A stretch of 64,000 bases of DNA from Waddliaceae bacterium (GCA_963783885.1 CAWAPJ010000008.1:32001-96000); one strand, 5' to 3'. Counted from the first letter of the stretch, positions 8,718 through 19,479 are shown. Translations and numbers: made by a program. Notes: generated by a model not told the origin, from the sequence alone.

Positions 8718-10448
8718 TTAAACGCTCTTATTTTTTGTGTCAAGATATGTCAAAAATTCTTTTTTCATTTCAGGGTTAGAAGACAGAAATTCCAAGCAGT
8801 CTTCTTTAAGTTCTGGATGGATAATAAAAATTATTTTCCAATTAAGACACGGAGGGAACCCAAACCCTCTCAACCAGACCCCGCGGTGGTGAAAGAGCCT
8901 GAAATAGTCTTCCCAGCGATGCTGGGGAATAAACTTTGCCCTCTCCATCATGGTGATTTTGTACTTGTCGTTTTCAATCAGATCAAGTTGGGGATAGGCT
9001 TTTGCTAAAAGTTCCGAATCGTAGCGGGTTAGGTCCTCGCGAACTTTTTCGATCAAATATTGTGCGTCTTCATATGGATTCACTTTGAGAAGTTCGATCA
9101 AGGAGTCGATGTGGGAAGAGGGAATTTCGGAAATTGCTTGGCATATATTAGACAGTTTACCTTCAGCTCTTAATTTGGTATTGAACTCATTGTAAAAAGA
9201 GGGACCGCGTTCAAAAGCAGACAGAAGAAGGATTGGAAGTGAAGAAAAATCAGCCCAAAGATAGCGGTACCTTAGAACTTTAGCAAAGTTAACGATTGGT
9301 GAATCTTTGCCATTCATATAATCCTTCAGCAGATCAAGGGTTAAGAGTCTTTTACTCGTGTCAATTTTGTGAAATACCTTTAAATATACAGCGAAACGAT
9401 CGAGATCTTCGGAGATTTTAGCGATGAATGGGTAAATTTTTTCCTGCTCCTTGATGGGAAATAATGCCATGAGTTTTAAATATGAAGCGAGATCACTCTC
9501 ATCATGCAGCGTATATCTACATGCAGCTGATTCTACTGCTTTTAGCGAGAGAGACTCTCCCCGTTGAAAGTCCTTCATGATACGTAAGATTGGAATGAGT
9601 TTACCAGATGTTCTGGGACAGCTGCAATCTACTCGATGAATTCTTTTGATAAACGGCATTGACAGCTTCAGAACACGCGAGAAATTGTGGGGCGGTATGC
9701 TTGTCAATTGATTGATCACAGAATACGAATACCCAAAAAAATCATCAGGGTAAGGTTTCAGAAGGGGGATAGCCGTGTCAATAACGACAGCTCTTTGGGA
9801 CAGAGGGAGTTTTCGGAGAGCTTTTAGAGCTTTGTTTCTCGTTTTTTTCGAGGGGATTTTAATAAGGGCAAAATTTTTGCAGGTTTCCTCCTCTTCCGGA
9901 AGAAGTTTTGAGGTTGTTTTTAATATACGCGCCACTTCGTATCCCTCAGTAATGTCTGGATTATCAGCCATGAGCGACGAGGTTAGCGCTATCGCCTTCG
10001 ACCGGGCTTCCGGGTTTAACCGGTGGACGGCGAAGAAAATATCTTTGATATCTTGTCCACGCATCGTTTCTCGAATCAAGGAAGAGCAGTCTTCTGAAGG
10101 CATTTCTTTGGCGGCCTCGATAAGAATTTCGAGGTCTTCCTGGTTCATTGATCGGTTGACAAACGGCGAGAGGGATTCGACTATAGAATCATCATCCGGA
10201 AGGAGGCACTTGAGGAAAATGCGATTGATTGTTGCGCCGAGGTCTTGATTCCAGAGGAGGACCACTTGCCGGTTCATTTTTTTGAGTTTTTCGAAATGGC
10301 CGTCTTGGAATTTATTTCGGTGATCGTTTAGCCACGACTCGATTTTTGAGACCACCTCCTGCGATTTTCCACGGAGGCCTAGGATTTGTTTGAAAGCCCT
10401 GACGCTGTGGGCTACAGATAATCGATTGACTGTATTATCAAGGATCAT
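8718..10448 (-). CDS. Hypothetical helical protein, paralog 2 of a tandem pair (putative effector)
   Basis: 576-aa ORF that aligns along its length with 10452..12233; no recognisable motif. Confidence 0.8.
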   Translation of the reverse strand: MILDNTVNRLSVAHSVRAFKQILGLRGKSQEVVSKIESWLNDHRNKFQDGHFEKLKKMNRQVVLLWNQDLGATINRIFLKCLLPDDDSIVESLSPFVNRSMNQEDLEILIEAAKEMPSEDCSSLIRETMRGQDIKDIFFAVHRLNPEARSKAIALTSSLMADNPDITEGYEVARILKTTSKLLPEEEETCKNFALIKIPSKKTRNKALKALRKLPLSQRAVVIDTAIPLLKPYPDDFFGYSYSVINQLTSIPPHNFSRVLKLSMPFIKRIHRVDCSCPRTSGKLIPILRIMKDFQRGESLSLKAVESAACRYTLHDESDLASYLKLMALFPIKEQEKIYPFIAKISEDLDRFAVYLKVFHKIDTSKRLLTLDLLKDYMNGKDSPIVNFAKVLRYRYLWADFSSLPILLLSAFERGPSFYNEFNTKLRAEGKLSNICQAISEIPSSHIDSLIELLKVNPYEDAQYLIEKVREDLTRYDSELLAKAYPQLDLIENDKYKITMMERAKFIPQHRWEDYFRLFHHRGVWLRGFGFPPCLNWKIIFIIHPELKEDCLEFLSSNPEMKKEFLTYLDTKNKSV

Positions 10449-10451
10449 TTC

Positions 10452-12233
10452 TTATTCTTTTTTATCAAGATACGTCAAAAATTCTTTTTCCATTTCAGGT
10501 TTAGAAGACAGAAATTTCAAGCAGTCTTCTTTAAGCTCTCGATGCACAACAAAAATCATTTCCCATTTAAGCCCATTACCATAACGGTCTTTCACCACAA
10601 CTCTATCGTCGTTATAAAGTCTGAAATAGTCATCCCATCGATGATTTGGAATGTACTTTGCTCTTTCAATCATGGTAATTTTAGCCTTGCTCCATCCAAA
10701 TATCCTGTCAAGGTGTGGATAGACTTTCATTAAAAGTTTCGCATCAAAAAAACGGTTGAGGTCCTCGCGAACAATTTCAATACTATATTCTGTAATTTCT
10801 TTTGGATTAACATTCATGAGTTCGATCAACGAGTCGATATAGGAAGGGGGAATCTTGTCGATTGCCTGACATAGAGTAGCCAGTTTATTGGACACAGGGT
10901 GCAACCCGGTTGTGAATTTATCGCGAAAAGAGGGGCCGCGTTCAAAAGCAGCCAGAAGAAGGACTGGAAGTGAAGAACAATCAGACCAAAGATAGTGTTT
11001 CTTTAGGAATTTGGCAAAGTTAACGGTTGGCGAATCTTTATCATCTACGTAATCCTTCAATAGATCAAGGGCTAAGAGTCTTCTCCTCGTGTCAATGCTT
11101 TTAAATACCTTTAAATATAAAGCGAAACGAATGAGGTCTTTGGAGATTTTAGCGATGAATGAGCAAATTTTTTCCTGCTGGTCGATAGGAAATGATGCCA
11201 TCATTTTTAAATGAGAAATGAGTTCATCAGAACCGTATGTCAGGTATAGGGTTGCAGCAGATTTTACTGCCTCAAGCGAGAGAGACTCTCTCTGTTGAAA
11301 GTCCCTCATTTGGCGTAAGACGGGAATGAGTTTATCGCATGTCAAGCGATAGTAAGGACTTTTTTGGTGAATTCTTTTGATAAACGGCATTGACAGTTCC
11401 AGGACTCGCGGGAAATTGTTTTCCGGTATGCTCACCAGTATACTGATCACATCGTTCGACGACAAACAATAAGGATAAGGTTTCAGAAGATCAATAGCCG
11501 CGTTAATCACGACAGGCCTTTGCTGCAAGGAGACTTTTCGGAGAGACATTAGGGCTTTGCTTCTCCTGGGAATTTTAAGAAGGGCAAACTTTTTGCAGGT
11601 TTCCTCCTCTTCCGGAAGGAGTTCTAGGGTCGCTTCTAAAATGCGGGCGACTTCGTCTCCCTCAGTGATTTTTGGATCAGCAGCCATAAGCGACGAGGTG
11701 AGTTCTATTGCTTTTGAACGGACTTCCGTGTTTAATCGGTGGACGGCAAAGAAAATAATTTTGATATCTATTCCACGCATAGTCTCTCGATTTAAAGAAG
11801 AGCAAAGGGAGGGCACTGTCGTTTTTTCCGAAGGGTGAAAAAATTTAGCTATGTGCTGGAAGCAATAAGAAGGATGGGAGTCAGGCATCTTTTTGATGGC
11901 CCTGATAAGAATTTCGAGGTCTTCCTGGTTCATTGATCGGTTGACAAACGGCGAGAGGGATTCGGCTATAGAATCATCATCAGGGAGGAGGCATTTGAGA
12001 AAAATGCGATTGATTGCGGCGCCGAGGTCTTGATTCCAGAGGAGGGTTACTCGCCAGTTCATTTTTTTGAGTTTCTCGATATGGTCGATTTGGAATTCAT
12101 TTCGGTGACCGTTTAGCCACGACTCGATCTTTGAGACCACCTCCTGCGATTTTCCACGGAGGCCTAGGATTTGTTTGAAAGCCCTGATGCTGTGGGCTTC
12201 AGATAATTGATTGACTGTATTTTCAAGATTCAT
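10452..12233 (-). CDS. Hypothetical helical protein, paralog 1 of a tandem pair (putative effector)
   Basis: 593-aa ORF whose N-terminal ~110 aa are nearly identical to the downstream paralog. Confidence 0.8.
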   Translation of the reverse strand: MNLENTVNQLSEAHSIRAFKQILGLRGKSQEVVSKIESWLNGHRNEFQIDHIEKLKKMNWRVTLLWNQDLGAAINRIFLKCLLPDDDSIAESLSPFVNRSMNQEDLEILIRAIKKMPDSHPSYCFQHIAKFFHPSEKTTVPSLCSSLNRETMRGIDIKIIFFAVHRLNTEVRSKAIELTSSLMAADPKITEGDEVARILEATLELLPEEEETCKKFALLKIPRRSKALMSLRKVSLQQRPVVINAAIDLLKPYPYCLSSNDVISILVSIPENNFPRVLELSMPFIKRIHQKSPYYRLTCDKLIPVLRQMRDFQQRESLSLEAVKSAATLYLTYGSDELISHLKMMASFPIDQQEKICSFIAKISKDLIRFALYLKVFKSIDTRRRLLALDLLKDYVDDKDSPTVNFAKFLKKHYLWSDCSSLPVLLLAAFERGPSFRDKFTTGLHPVSNKLATLCQAIDKIPPSYIDSLIELMNVNPKEITEYSIEIVREDLNRFFDAKLLMKVYPHLDRIFGWSKAKITMIERAKYIPNHRWDDYFRLYNDDRVVVKDRYGNGLKWEMIFVVHRELKEDCLKFLSSKPEMEKEFLTYLDKKE

Positions 12234-12348
12234 TGCGGCCGATTATAGACGGGTGAAAATTTAGTTGCAAAGAGAACGTAGGATCTTGATAGGAAAAGCG
12301 TTTCAAGCTATATCTTAAAGGTGATATATTAGTGATGAGAGGCCAGCC

Positions 12349-13665
12349 ATGATGATTGATTTTCAAATACTTGCCCAGATTCCTTTAAACGTCGATTTCA
12401 AGTTGATCATTTATGCTATCGTGGCTTTTATCTTTGTCGGCGTTGGCCTGGCGACCATGATTTTATTCACTAGGGCAAAGCTGGTGAGTTCTGAAGAGGT
12501 TGAGCTTAAGATAAACGAAGACCCCGACTTGACGATCCATCACCGCGCCGGGACGACTCTGCTGAATGCCCTTTCGGTTCACGGCATCCCCGTTCCCTCA
12601 CCCTGCGGCGGCAAGGCCACCTGCAAGCAGTGCAAAGTACAGGTTCTCGAAGGGGCCGGAATACCTCTGCAGACCGATGTCGACACATTTACTAAAAGGG
12701 AGCTGAAGGAAGGGTGGCGCCTTTCCTGCCAGTGCAAGGTAAAGCACGATATGCACCTGCATATCGAAGAGAAATATCTTTCCGTTCAAGAAGTGCAGGC
12801 AAAAGTTATCAGCAACGAAAATGTCGCGACCTTCATCAAAGAACTGGTGGTTGAAGTCGAGGAAGAGATTCCCTATCGGTCGGGCGGATACATGCAATTT
12901 CATGTTCCTCCTTTTAAAACGAACACTTCCGACTGGAAGGAGACGATGAGTCCCGAATATTTCGAGGATTGGGAAAAGTTCGGTCTGTTCGACCGCGAAA
13001 TTGACTTTAGCGACCTTAGCGAAGAAATTATTAGAGCTTATTCTTTTGCTTCGTTTCCCGATGAAGGAAAAAAACTCAAGTTTAATATCCGTATAGCGTC
13101 TCCTCCTTTTATCAAAGGAAAACTTGCGGAAAATATCCCCTGGGGGATTTGTTCTTCCTATACGTTCATGTTAAAACCCGGTGATAAAATCCGTCTTTCA
13201 GGACCCTATGGCGAATCATTTATGATTGAGGATAACAGGGATTTGGTATTCCTGATCGGCGGGGCGGGTTCTTCGTTTGGCCGAAGCCATATCCTGCATC
13301 TATTCAATACTGATAAAACAAAGCGAAACGTCACATTCTGGTACGGTGCCAGGTCGCTGAAAGAAAATATTTATCAGGAAGAATATGAAGAGCTCGACAG
13401 ACAGCATGAGAATTTCACTTACAAGCTGGTTCTGTCCGAGCCGACAAAAGAAGATATTGAAGGCGGATGGCCTAAAGACGACCCTTTGAAGACCAACTAC
13501 CTCTATCTCGCTTTCAAAGAGGGGCAGCTTAAAGATATGGAAGAGCCCGAAGAGTGTCTGTATTATGTCTGCGGGCCGCCTCTTCACAACTCTTCGGTGA
13601 TGAAATTACTTGAGGACTACGGCGTCCCACGGGAAAATATTATCCTCGACGACTTCGGAAGCTGA
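12349..13665 (+). CDS. nqrF: Na(+)-translocating NADH:quinone reductase subunit F
   Basis: N-terminal TM, 2Fe-2S motif CGGKATCKQC...RLSCQ, NENVATFIKEL, RAYS, YVCGPP and C-terminal DDFGS. Confidence 0.96.
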   Translation: MMIDFQILAQIPLNVDFKLIIYAIVAFIFVGVGLATMILFTRAKLVSSEEVELKINEDPDLTIHHRAGTTLLNALSVHGIPVPSPCGGKATCKQCKVQVLEGAGIPLQTDVDTFTKRELKEGWRLSCQCKVKHDMHLHIEEKYLSVQEVQAKVISNENVATFIKELVVEVEEEIPYRSGGYMQFHVPPFKTNTSDWKETMSPEYFEDWEKFGLFDREIDFSDLSEEIIRAYSFASFPDEGKKLKFNIRIASPPFIKGKLAENIPWGICSSYTFMLKPGDKIRLSGPYGESFMIEDNRDLVFLIGGAGSSFGRSHILHLFNTDKTKRNVTFWYGARSLKENIYQEEYEELDRQHENFTYKLVLSEPTKEDIEGGWPKDDPLKTNYLYLAFKEGQLKDMEEPEECLYYVCGPPLHNSSVMKLLEDYGVPRENIILDDFGS

Positions 13666-13667
13666 TC

Positions 13668-15302
13668 ATGAAAATTCAACTTGCCCAGATAGATCCCACA
13701 GTGGGCGACCTGAAAGGAAACAGAGACAAGATCATAGAGCAGATTCGGTCTGCAAAAAAAAGAGGCGCCGACCTTGTCGTTTTTCCCGAGCTGGCATTGA
13801 CAGGCTACCCTCCTGAAGATTTGCTTCTCTTGCCTCAGTTTATCGATGAGACCGAATATCAGCTTCATCTCATCCTTAAGGAAACTAAAGGGATCACCGC
13901 GCTCATTGGATTTCCGAGAAAAAATAACAGGGAAGGGGAAAAAGCGCTCTGCAACAGCGCGGCTGTTTTATCCGACGAAAAGATTATCGGCTTCCATGAC
14001 AAGATCTTGCTTCCGACATATGATGTTTTCAGTGAGAGGCGTTATTTTGAACCCGGAAAGGACGTCACTCTTTGGAATATCGCGGGAAAAAAAGTGGGCA
14101 TCACTATCTGCGAAGATATTTGGCAGCATGCCGAAGCCGTGAAAGACACCTCATACGGGAGTGACCCCGTGATTCTTTATGACAAACTCTCCCCGGAGAT
14201 ATTGATCAATCTCTCTTCGTCTCCTTACAGCTTCAATAAGCCTGCCAGAAGGTTTGCGGTGTGCAGAAAAGCCGCGCAAACTCTCAAATGTCTTGTCCTG
14301 ATATGCAATCAGGTTGGGGGAAATGACAGCCTGATTTTCGATGGATATAGCTTATTTGTTAATGAACATGGCCAGCTTGTCGAAAATGCCAAAGGATTTT
14401 GCGAGGATTCATTATATTTGGATCTTGAAAAAAAACAGGAGCCCAGAAAGTGGCATAGCGATGCTTATGAGGATCTGTTTCACGCCTTGGTTTTGGGCTT
14501 AAAAGATTACTTCACTAAACTCGGATTTAAAAAGGCCTGTTTCGGACTTTCAGGAGGTATTGACTCTGCTGTCACAGCCTGCATAGCTAAAGAGGCGCTC
14601 GGCCCCGAGAATGTTTTGGCCGTCTGCATGCCGTCCCGATATTCTTCGAAGGCAAGCAGCGATGATGCTTAAGCACTTGTGGAAAATTTAGGAATCGAGG
14701 TCAAGTGGATTGAAATTGAAGAACCTTTCAAGGCTTATCTCGATTTGCTTGGACCGCATTTTGAGGGAAAAGAATCCGATGCCACAGAGGAAAATATACA
14801 GGCGCGCATCCGGTCGATGATTCTCATGGCCCTCTCCAACAAACATGGCTACATCGTGCTGAGCACGGGGAATAAAAGTGAAATGGCGATGGGGTATTCA
14901 ACGCTTTACGGCGATATGAGCGGCGGGCTTGGGGTACTTAGCGATGTGACAAAAGAGCAGGTCTATGCTCTTGCCGACTGGATCAATCGAAATAAAGAAG
15001 TAATTCCGAAAAATGTTATTGAGAAGCCCCCATCGGCCGAACTGCGCCCCGAGCAAAAAGACTCCGACAGTCTGCCCGACTATGCCATTGTCGATGCTGT
15101 TCTCAACGATTACATTATTGATCATTTGCCCCCGGAGGAAATTGCCGATAAGCATGAGTATCCTCTCGATCTTGTGGAAAGTTTGATTAAGCGGATCCAT
15201 CTCAATGAATATAAAAGGCGGCAAAGCCCTCCCGGCCTCAGAGTTTCAGAGAAGGCCTTTTCTATCGGCCGCCGCTTCCCCATTGTTCAAAAATGGGTTT
15301 GA
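13668..15302 (+). pseudogene. nadE: Glutamine-dependent NAD+ synthetase interrupted by one in-frame TAA at 14670-14672
   Basis: Nitrilase domain (FPELALTGYPPEDL, ICEDIW) plus synthetase domain (GLSGGIDSA, MPSRYSS | ENIQARIR, STGNKSE, PSAELRP, NEYKRRQ). Both ORF halves are in the same frame. Confidence 0.85.
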
Positions 15303-18300
15303 TTGAACTTCATGGCTGTGTTCAAGGGTGCTTGAAAAAATTCCAGTAATATAGCAAAGCTTTTCTAACTCTGTGAGACCAAGGGGTCCGTTATAGCAGC
15401 CGTAGTCGCGCCCTCCGTTTGTTCTGAAACCGCGATCTGGATCATAATTTTTAGATCTTTGAAGTTCAATTTCGATCTCGACTTCCGGAGGATAGAGGCC
15501 CTCTTGCAGCTTCTTATTTTTTAGCGCCCCAACGTACCCTTTTTCTGTTGCCTGCATCCAAAATATGAGTTGTTTAGCCAATCTTTCCCAATCGACAGAG
15601 CAATGATTGGCAAAGAGGCTAACTGCTTCTTCGCTTCTCCTTGTAGAGCCTTGCAAAACATAAATAAAACCTTGCCTGAAATCCTCCGCGAGTTCGGATA
15701 TTACCGATGAATCCCGCCAATTCAGGCGGCCTTGTTTGTCAATACGGTCAACGAGCAAAAGAGCATCCACTAAAATCACTGTTGCCCGAGCGGCTAAGGG
15801 AAGATAACGCTTTATGTCTGATAGATCTTCTAAATCTGTTGATTCCAGTTTGATATTTTTTTCAAGGATAGAAAAGGGAATGAAGTCTCCAATATCACGG
15901 GCGCCTGTAGCCAGCGAAACGTTGGGAAAGGCGACAGCGGGGAGAGGGGCGCTCAATCGGCCTGCTCCAAGTCCAGCATTATTTCCTTCAAACGCTTCGT
16001 CTGATCGGATAAGATCGGCAAGAATCTGATACTTTCTTCCAAACATCTCATTATGAAAAAGGGTGACAAGGTCAATTTTTATTTTCCCGACAGATATTGC
16101 CATAGCAGTATCTAGCAGCCAACGTTTTCTCCCTTTCCTCCACTTCTTTGCAAGATGAAGAGAGTCGTTCGGATAATCGTAATATCCTTTAGGTGGCAGA
16201 AAACTATAAACGACTTGACTTTCGGTAGGGCTTATTTCTGGAATCTGATCTCTAATCCAAGATGGAGTACGTTGCACCCAAAAAATACCCTTGGGTTTAG
16301 GGAGAATGGATTGGCAGCCGATCTGATTTAAAAGATCAATTGCAAGAGGTTCGGCGGCAAGTTGTTGAACGGGTTCAGTGAGTTTACGAAATTTTATGGC
16401 TTTTTCCCCTTTGGGCCCTTGCCATGTAATTGTTCTTCCATAAATTTTAATTGTTTTATTCTCGGCTGCAGGAAAGTCGAGCTGACGCACAGGTGTTGGC
16501 TCAGTCTGATTTAGGTATACCGATTTGAATTTATTTTCAAACATTGAACAAGAGGAACTCTGTCCTGCGAGTCCATTCCAGACTAAGACAGCAAAATCGC
16601 CGAAGGTGGAATGAGAACGCCCGCCGGGACGAATGCTGAGCGTTTTGGTATAGAGCAGCGCTTGTAAAACAGGCTCGAAGATTTTTGGATTTTCGAATGC
16701 TGTGGATATAAAAGCTCGTGATTGCGATTCTGTCAGCTTTATTTTGAGAATATCTTTCCGGATTTTTGGGAACTTGCCAACAAGCCAAAACATGGCCGAT
16801 ACCCAGGAATGATCGGGAATGAGTTCAAACGCTTCATCGGTTAATACTGCTGAGAACTCAACAACAAGATCTTTTATTTTATGAGATTTCTTCTCATGTA
16901 GGACATGTTTTAAGATTTGCTTATTGCACTCTGCGAGGTGTTGGTTGAAGTTAATCACAGTCTCGAGATTTTCTTTATCATGATATGTTTCCATTGGGAA
17001 CTGGATATTAGGATATTTTTTAACAACATCCCGAACAAGAGTATCACTGCAGCTCAAGTGAATATAGGTGACGGTTTCAGACCCCTGCCAAAATGTTAGG
17101 ATTTTTCCCAATAGGTCAACGGGATCTTCTTCAACAATAGGAGGGTTTTCCAGGAGCACAGGGAGAAGAAAAGGGCGGCATTTTTCGGGAAGCTTTTCAA
17201 ATGCTTCGGGAAGCTTGAGATTTTCCTTCATCAGGAGGATTAAATTTTGCCTAAAGTTGTTATCAAACGCACCATATCCTAATCCTAGCCAATGTATAAG
17301 TTTGCGGCGAAGCCGCTTGACTTTTTGCGAGGGGTTGTCTGTGAAATAAACTTGCTTTTGGAACTCAATAATTTCATCTTGGGACAATTGCTCTAAAAAA
17401 TAAGAGGTTCTATATTTTTCAGAAGGTAAAGCATCAATAATGCTACGAACCATGAGTTTAGCATTTGATGGGCAGCATGCTCTAAGGTAACGAATTTTCA
17501 TTTTTGCAAAGTGATTTTGATTACCTTTCTTTTCAGTATATTGAATGATTCTAAGGCGCAGTTTTTCTACAACTTCAGCCTCACTCTGCTCGATGAACCA
17601 TGTTAAATAATTTTTTACATAAGTGTCGTTAATTGACTTTTTGTCGATGAGGTAAAATACAATTTCTTCGTGCTCATGCTGGGGCCAGAGGTCGCGCCAC
17701 TTGTGAATGAATTTAACTAAAGTATCAAATTTTTGAATGTATTTTCTGATATTACTTATGTTCCTCATCAGGTCTTTCACTTCATTGATCTGTTGTGAAG
17801 ATGGCTCTTTCAAATCACTGAGTCGGTAGCACATTTTTCTCAGCAACTCAACTTTTTCTCTTTCGGTGTCTGTTTCATGACTAGCAGCTAAAAGCCATGC
17901 GAGCTTTTCATCCTGGACACGAGGTAAATAATGGTCGAATTTGGCAAGTTTATATCCTTTTTCCACAAATTGGGAAACTGAAGAACTGTCTGTTAAAATA
18001 GCGATAAAAAGCGGATTAGGAAGGGAATCGGCATTGGGGATTTTTCCACTCTGAAGATTCTCGATAAATGATGCAGATTCGACGAGATTCTCGTAGGTTC
18101 TGAATTTATATTTTTTTCTGTCTTGCGGCTGCCAGAGGAGTCCTTTTTCGATAAGGAGGGGAACAATGTCTCCCAGATTTGTCCAGAATATCTTTTCTGC
18201 GTCATTTCCACACATGAAGTATTCGAGTTGATCAATTCGACCTTCGAGTCCATTTAGGTCAAGAAATTCATCTGTTTTGATCATTTCTTTTAAGCAAGAG

Positions 18301-18659
18301 AATGCAAAGTAGGTTTTGGGTGAGACATTATTAGCCCGTTGGCACATCACATCCCAAACTGATTGGCCTTTCCCATTATGCTGTCCCCATTTGGCGCCCG
18401 CTTCTAGCAGGATTTGCAAGGCCTCTAAGGATTGGACAAAATGAATGGGAAAATTGCCTTTGCTGTCAGACATTTCAATCAGATAGGGGTAGTCTGAGCA
18501 CCATTTTTTTATGTCCACTAGATGATCGGCCTTTACAGCTTCATGCAGTCGGTTTTCCCCTATTTCATTTAGATATTGAGGACCGTTGAGGTCTTCTATC
18601 ATTTCTTGTTTAAGTTGAGTATTATGGTAATATCTTAAAGGAAATTGAACTATATTCAT
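15246..18659 (-). CDS. Ankyrin-repeat protein with a C-terminal SidJ-like pseudokinase (polyglutamylase) domain; putative secreted effector
   Basis: N-terminal ankyrin-like repeats (GENRLHEAV, GNFPIHF...LLEAGA). C-terminal motifs GRT, AIKFRKxxEP, LPKP, YYDY, LFHN, GRKY, GRL, FPN, GARDIGD and DYGCYNGPxxLxELEKLCY occur in the same order as in SidJ. Confidence 0.8.
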   Translation of the reverse strand: MNIVQFPLRYYHNTQLKQEMIEDLNGPQYLNEIGENRLHEAVKADHLVDIKKWCSDYPYLIEMSDSKGNFPIHFVQSLEALQILLEAGAKWGQHNGKGQSVWDVMCQRANNVSPKTYFAFSCLKEMIKTDEFLDLNGLEGRIDQLEYFMCGNDAEKIFWTNLGDIVPLLIEKGLLWQPQDRKKYKFRTYENLVESASFIENLQSGKIPNADSLPNPLFIAILTDSSSVSQFVEKGYKLAKFDHYLPRVQDEKLAWLLAASHETDTEREKVELLRKMCYRLSDLKEPSSQQINEVKDLMRNISNIRKYIQKFDTLVKFIHKWRDLWPQHEHEEIVFYLIDKKSINDTYVKNYLTWFIEQSEAEVVEKLRLRIIQYTEKKGNQNHFAKMKIRYLRACCPSNAKLMVRSIIDALPSEKYRTSYFLEQLSQDEIIEFQKQVYFTDNPSQKVKRLRRKLIHWLGLGYGAFDNNFRQNLILLMKENLKLPEAFEKLPEKCRPFLLPVLLENPPIVEEDPVDLLGKILTFWQGSETVTYIHLSCSDTLVRDVVKKYPNIQFPMETYHDKENLETVINFNQHLAECNKQILKHVLHEKKSHKIKDLVVEFSAVLTDEAFELIPDHSWVSAMFWLVGKFPKIRKDILKIKLTESQSRAFISTAFENPKIFEPVLQALLYTKTLSIRPGGRSHSTFGDFAVLVWNGLAGQSSSCSMFENKFKSVYLNQTEPTPVRQLDFPAAENKTIKIYGRTITWQGPKGEKAIKFRKLTEPVQQLAAEPLAIDLLNQIGCQSILPKPKGIFWVQRTPSWIRDQIPEISPTESQVVYSFLPPKGYYDYPNDSLHLAKKWRKGRKRWLLDTAMAISVGKIKIDLVTLFHNEMFGRKYQILADLIRSDEAFEGNNAGLGAGRLSAPLPAVAFPNVSLATGARDIGDFIPFSILEKNIKLESTDLEDLSDIKRYLPLAARATVILVDALLLVDRIDKQGRLNWRDSSVISELAEDFRQGFIYVLQGSTRRSEEAVSLFANHCSVDWERLAKQLIFWMQATEKGYVGALKNKKLQEGLYPPEVEIEIELQRSKNYDPDRGFRTNGGRDYGCYNGPLGLTELEKLCYITGIFSSTLEHSHEVQSNPFLNNGEAAADRKGLL

Positions 18660-18736
18660 GAAAAAATCCTGTTAATTAAATTATTATAAATTCATGATAA
18701 CTTTTTGTAAATATTTAAAAAATAAAATTGCAGTTA

Positions 18737-19435
18737 TTAAATATTAAAAACACCAATATTTCCCCGTTCCAGATAGTTGAAGTGGATAGATACGACAAGA
18801 TAGGTTATCAACAGATACCATAGGGCGGCTCCTCCCCAAAAAAGATAGGAAATCTTTTTTTGAGAATCGTTGCCTTTAAGCACTGCATAGAGGATTTGAG
18901 AAAAAGTGCCGATAGTCATCGAGGTCATTCCCAGAAGAACCGGATTGTAGGATCGCATAATTGGGCTTTCGTCTACCTGGTTGTACAAGACCAAAGCAGC
19001 TGTCGGCAATAAGGTTCCTGCATCCCTAAGAGTTTTATTGAATTTTAGAAATGACGAAGAGGATCTTTCTGTGCAAGACACAAATGACTTATGTGCTAAG
19101 TAGACAGGGATTGATAAGAAGCAATGAAAAACCATGAGTGCTGTTTTTATCATATAGATTCTTTCTTCGGGATAAAGATCAGTGGGGATGCACTCGTCGG
19201 GCTTTAGCGTCCTGGCTTTTGGCAAAGCTTCATAAAGGAAAGAGAAATAATTGATGATCCCGCAACTGAATGTAAGTCCTGTTTTCTCATAGTCGTTTTG
19301 GATAACTTTTATTACGTGGAAAAATAATTCTGTCAGACGGCCCGACTTTCCCTTAAAAGGATTCAATTCTCTAGAAAAATCTATTGGCATTGATTTGCTT
19401 TCGACATTCATTTCTAAATACCTTTTGAATGGCAC
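18737..19435 (-). CDS. Hypothetical multi-pass membrane protein
   Basis: 232-aa ORF with several hydrophobic segments; start uncertain. Confidence 0.6.
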   Translation of the reverse strand: MPFKRYLEMNVESKSMPIDFSRELNPFKGKSGRLTELFFHVIKVIQNDYEKTGLTFSCGIINYFSFLYEALPKARTLKPDECIPTDLYPEERIYMIKTALMVFHCFLSIPVYLAHKSFVSCTERSSSSFLKFNKTLRDAGTLLPTAALVLYNQVDESPIMRSYNPVLLGMTSMTIGTFSQILYAVLKGNDSQKKISYLFWGGAALWYLLITYLVVSIHFNYLERGNIGVFNI

Positions 19436-19479
19436 ATTTTCAATGTTTCACAAACTTATAGTCCAATCCTTTTCAATCG

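Noticed and set aside
12349-13665. nqrF separated from nqrA-E
   Set aside because: This is a known chlamydial arrangement, not novel.
15246-15302. Tail-to-tail overlaps of convergent genes (nadE/SidJ-like, pcm/phosphoesterase, trxA/trmL, LRR/aspS)
   Set aside because: Short 3' overlaps are common in compact genomes; there is no sign of a special function.
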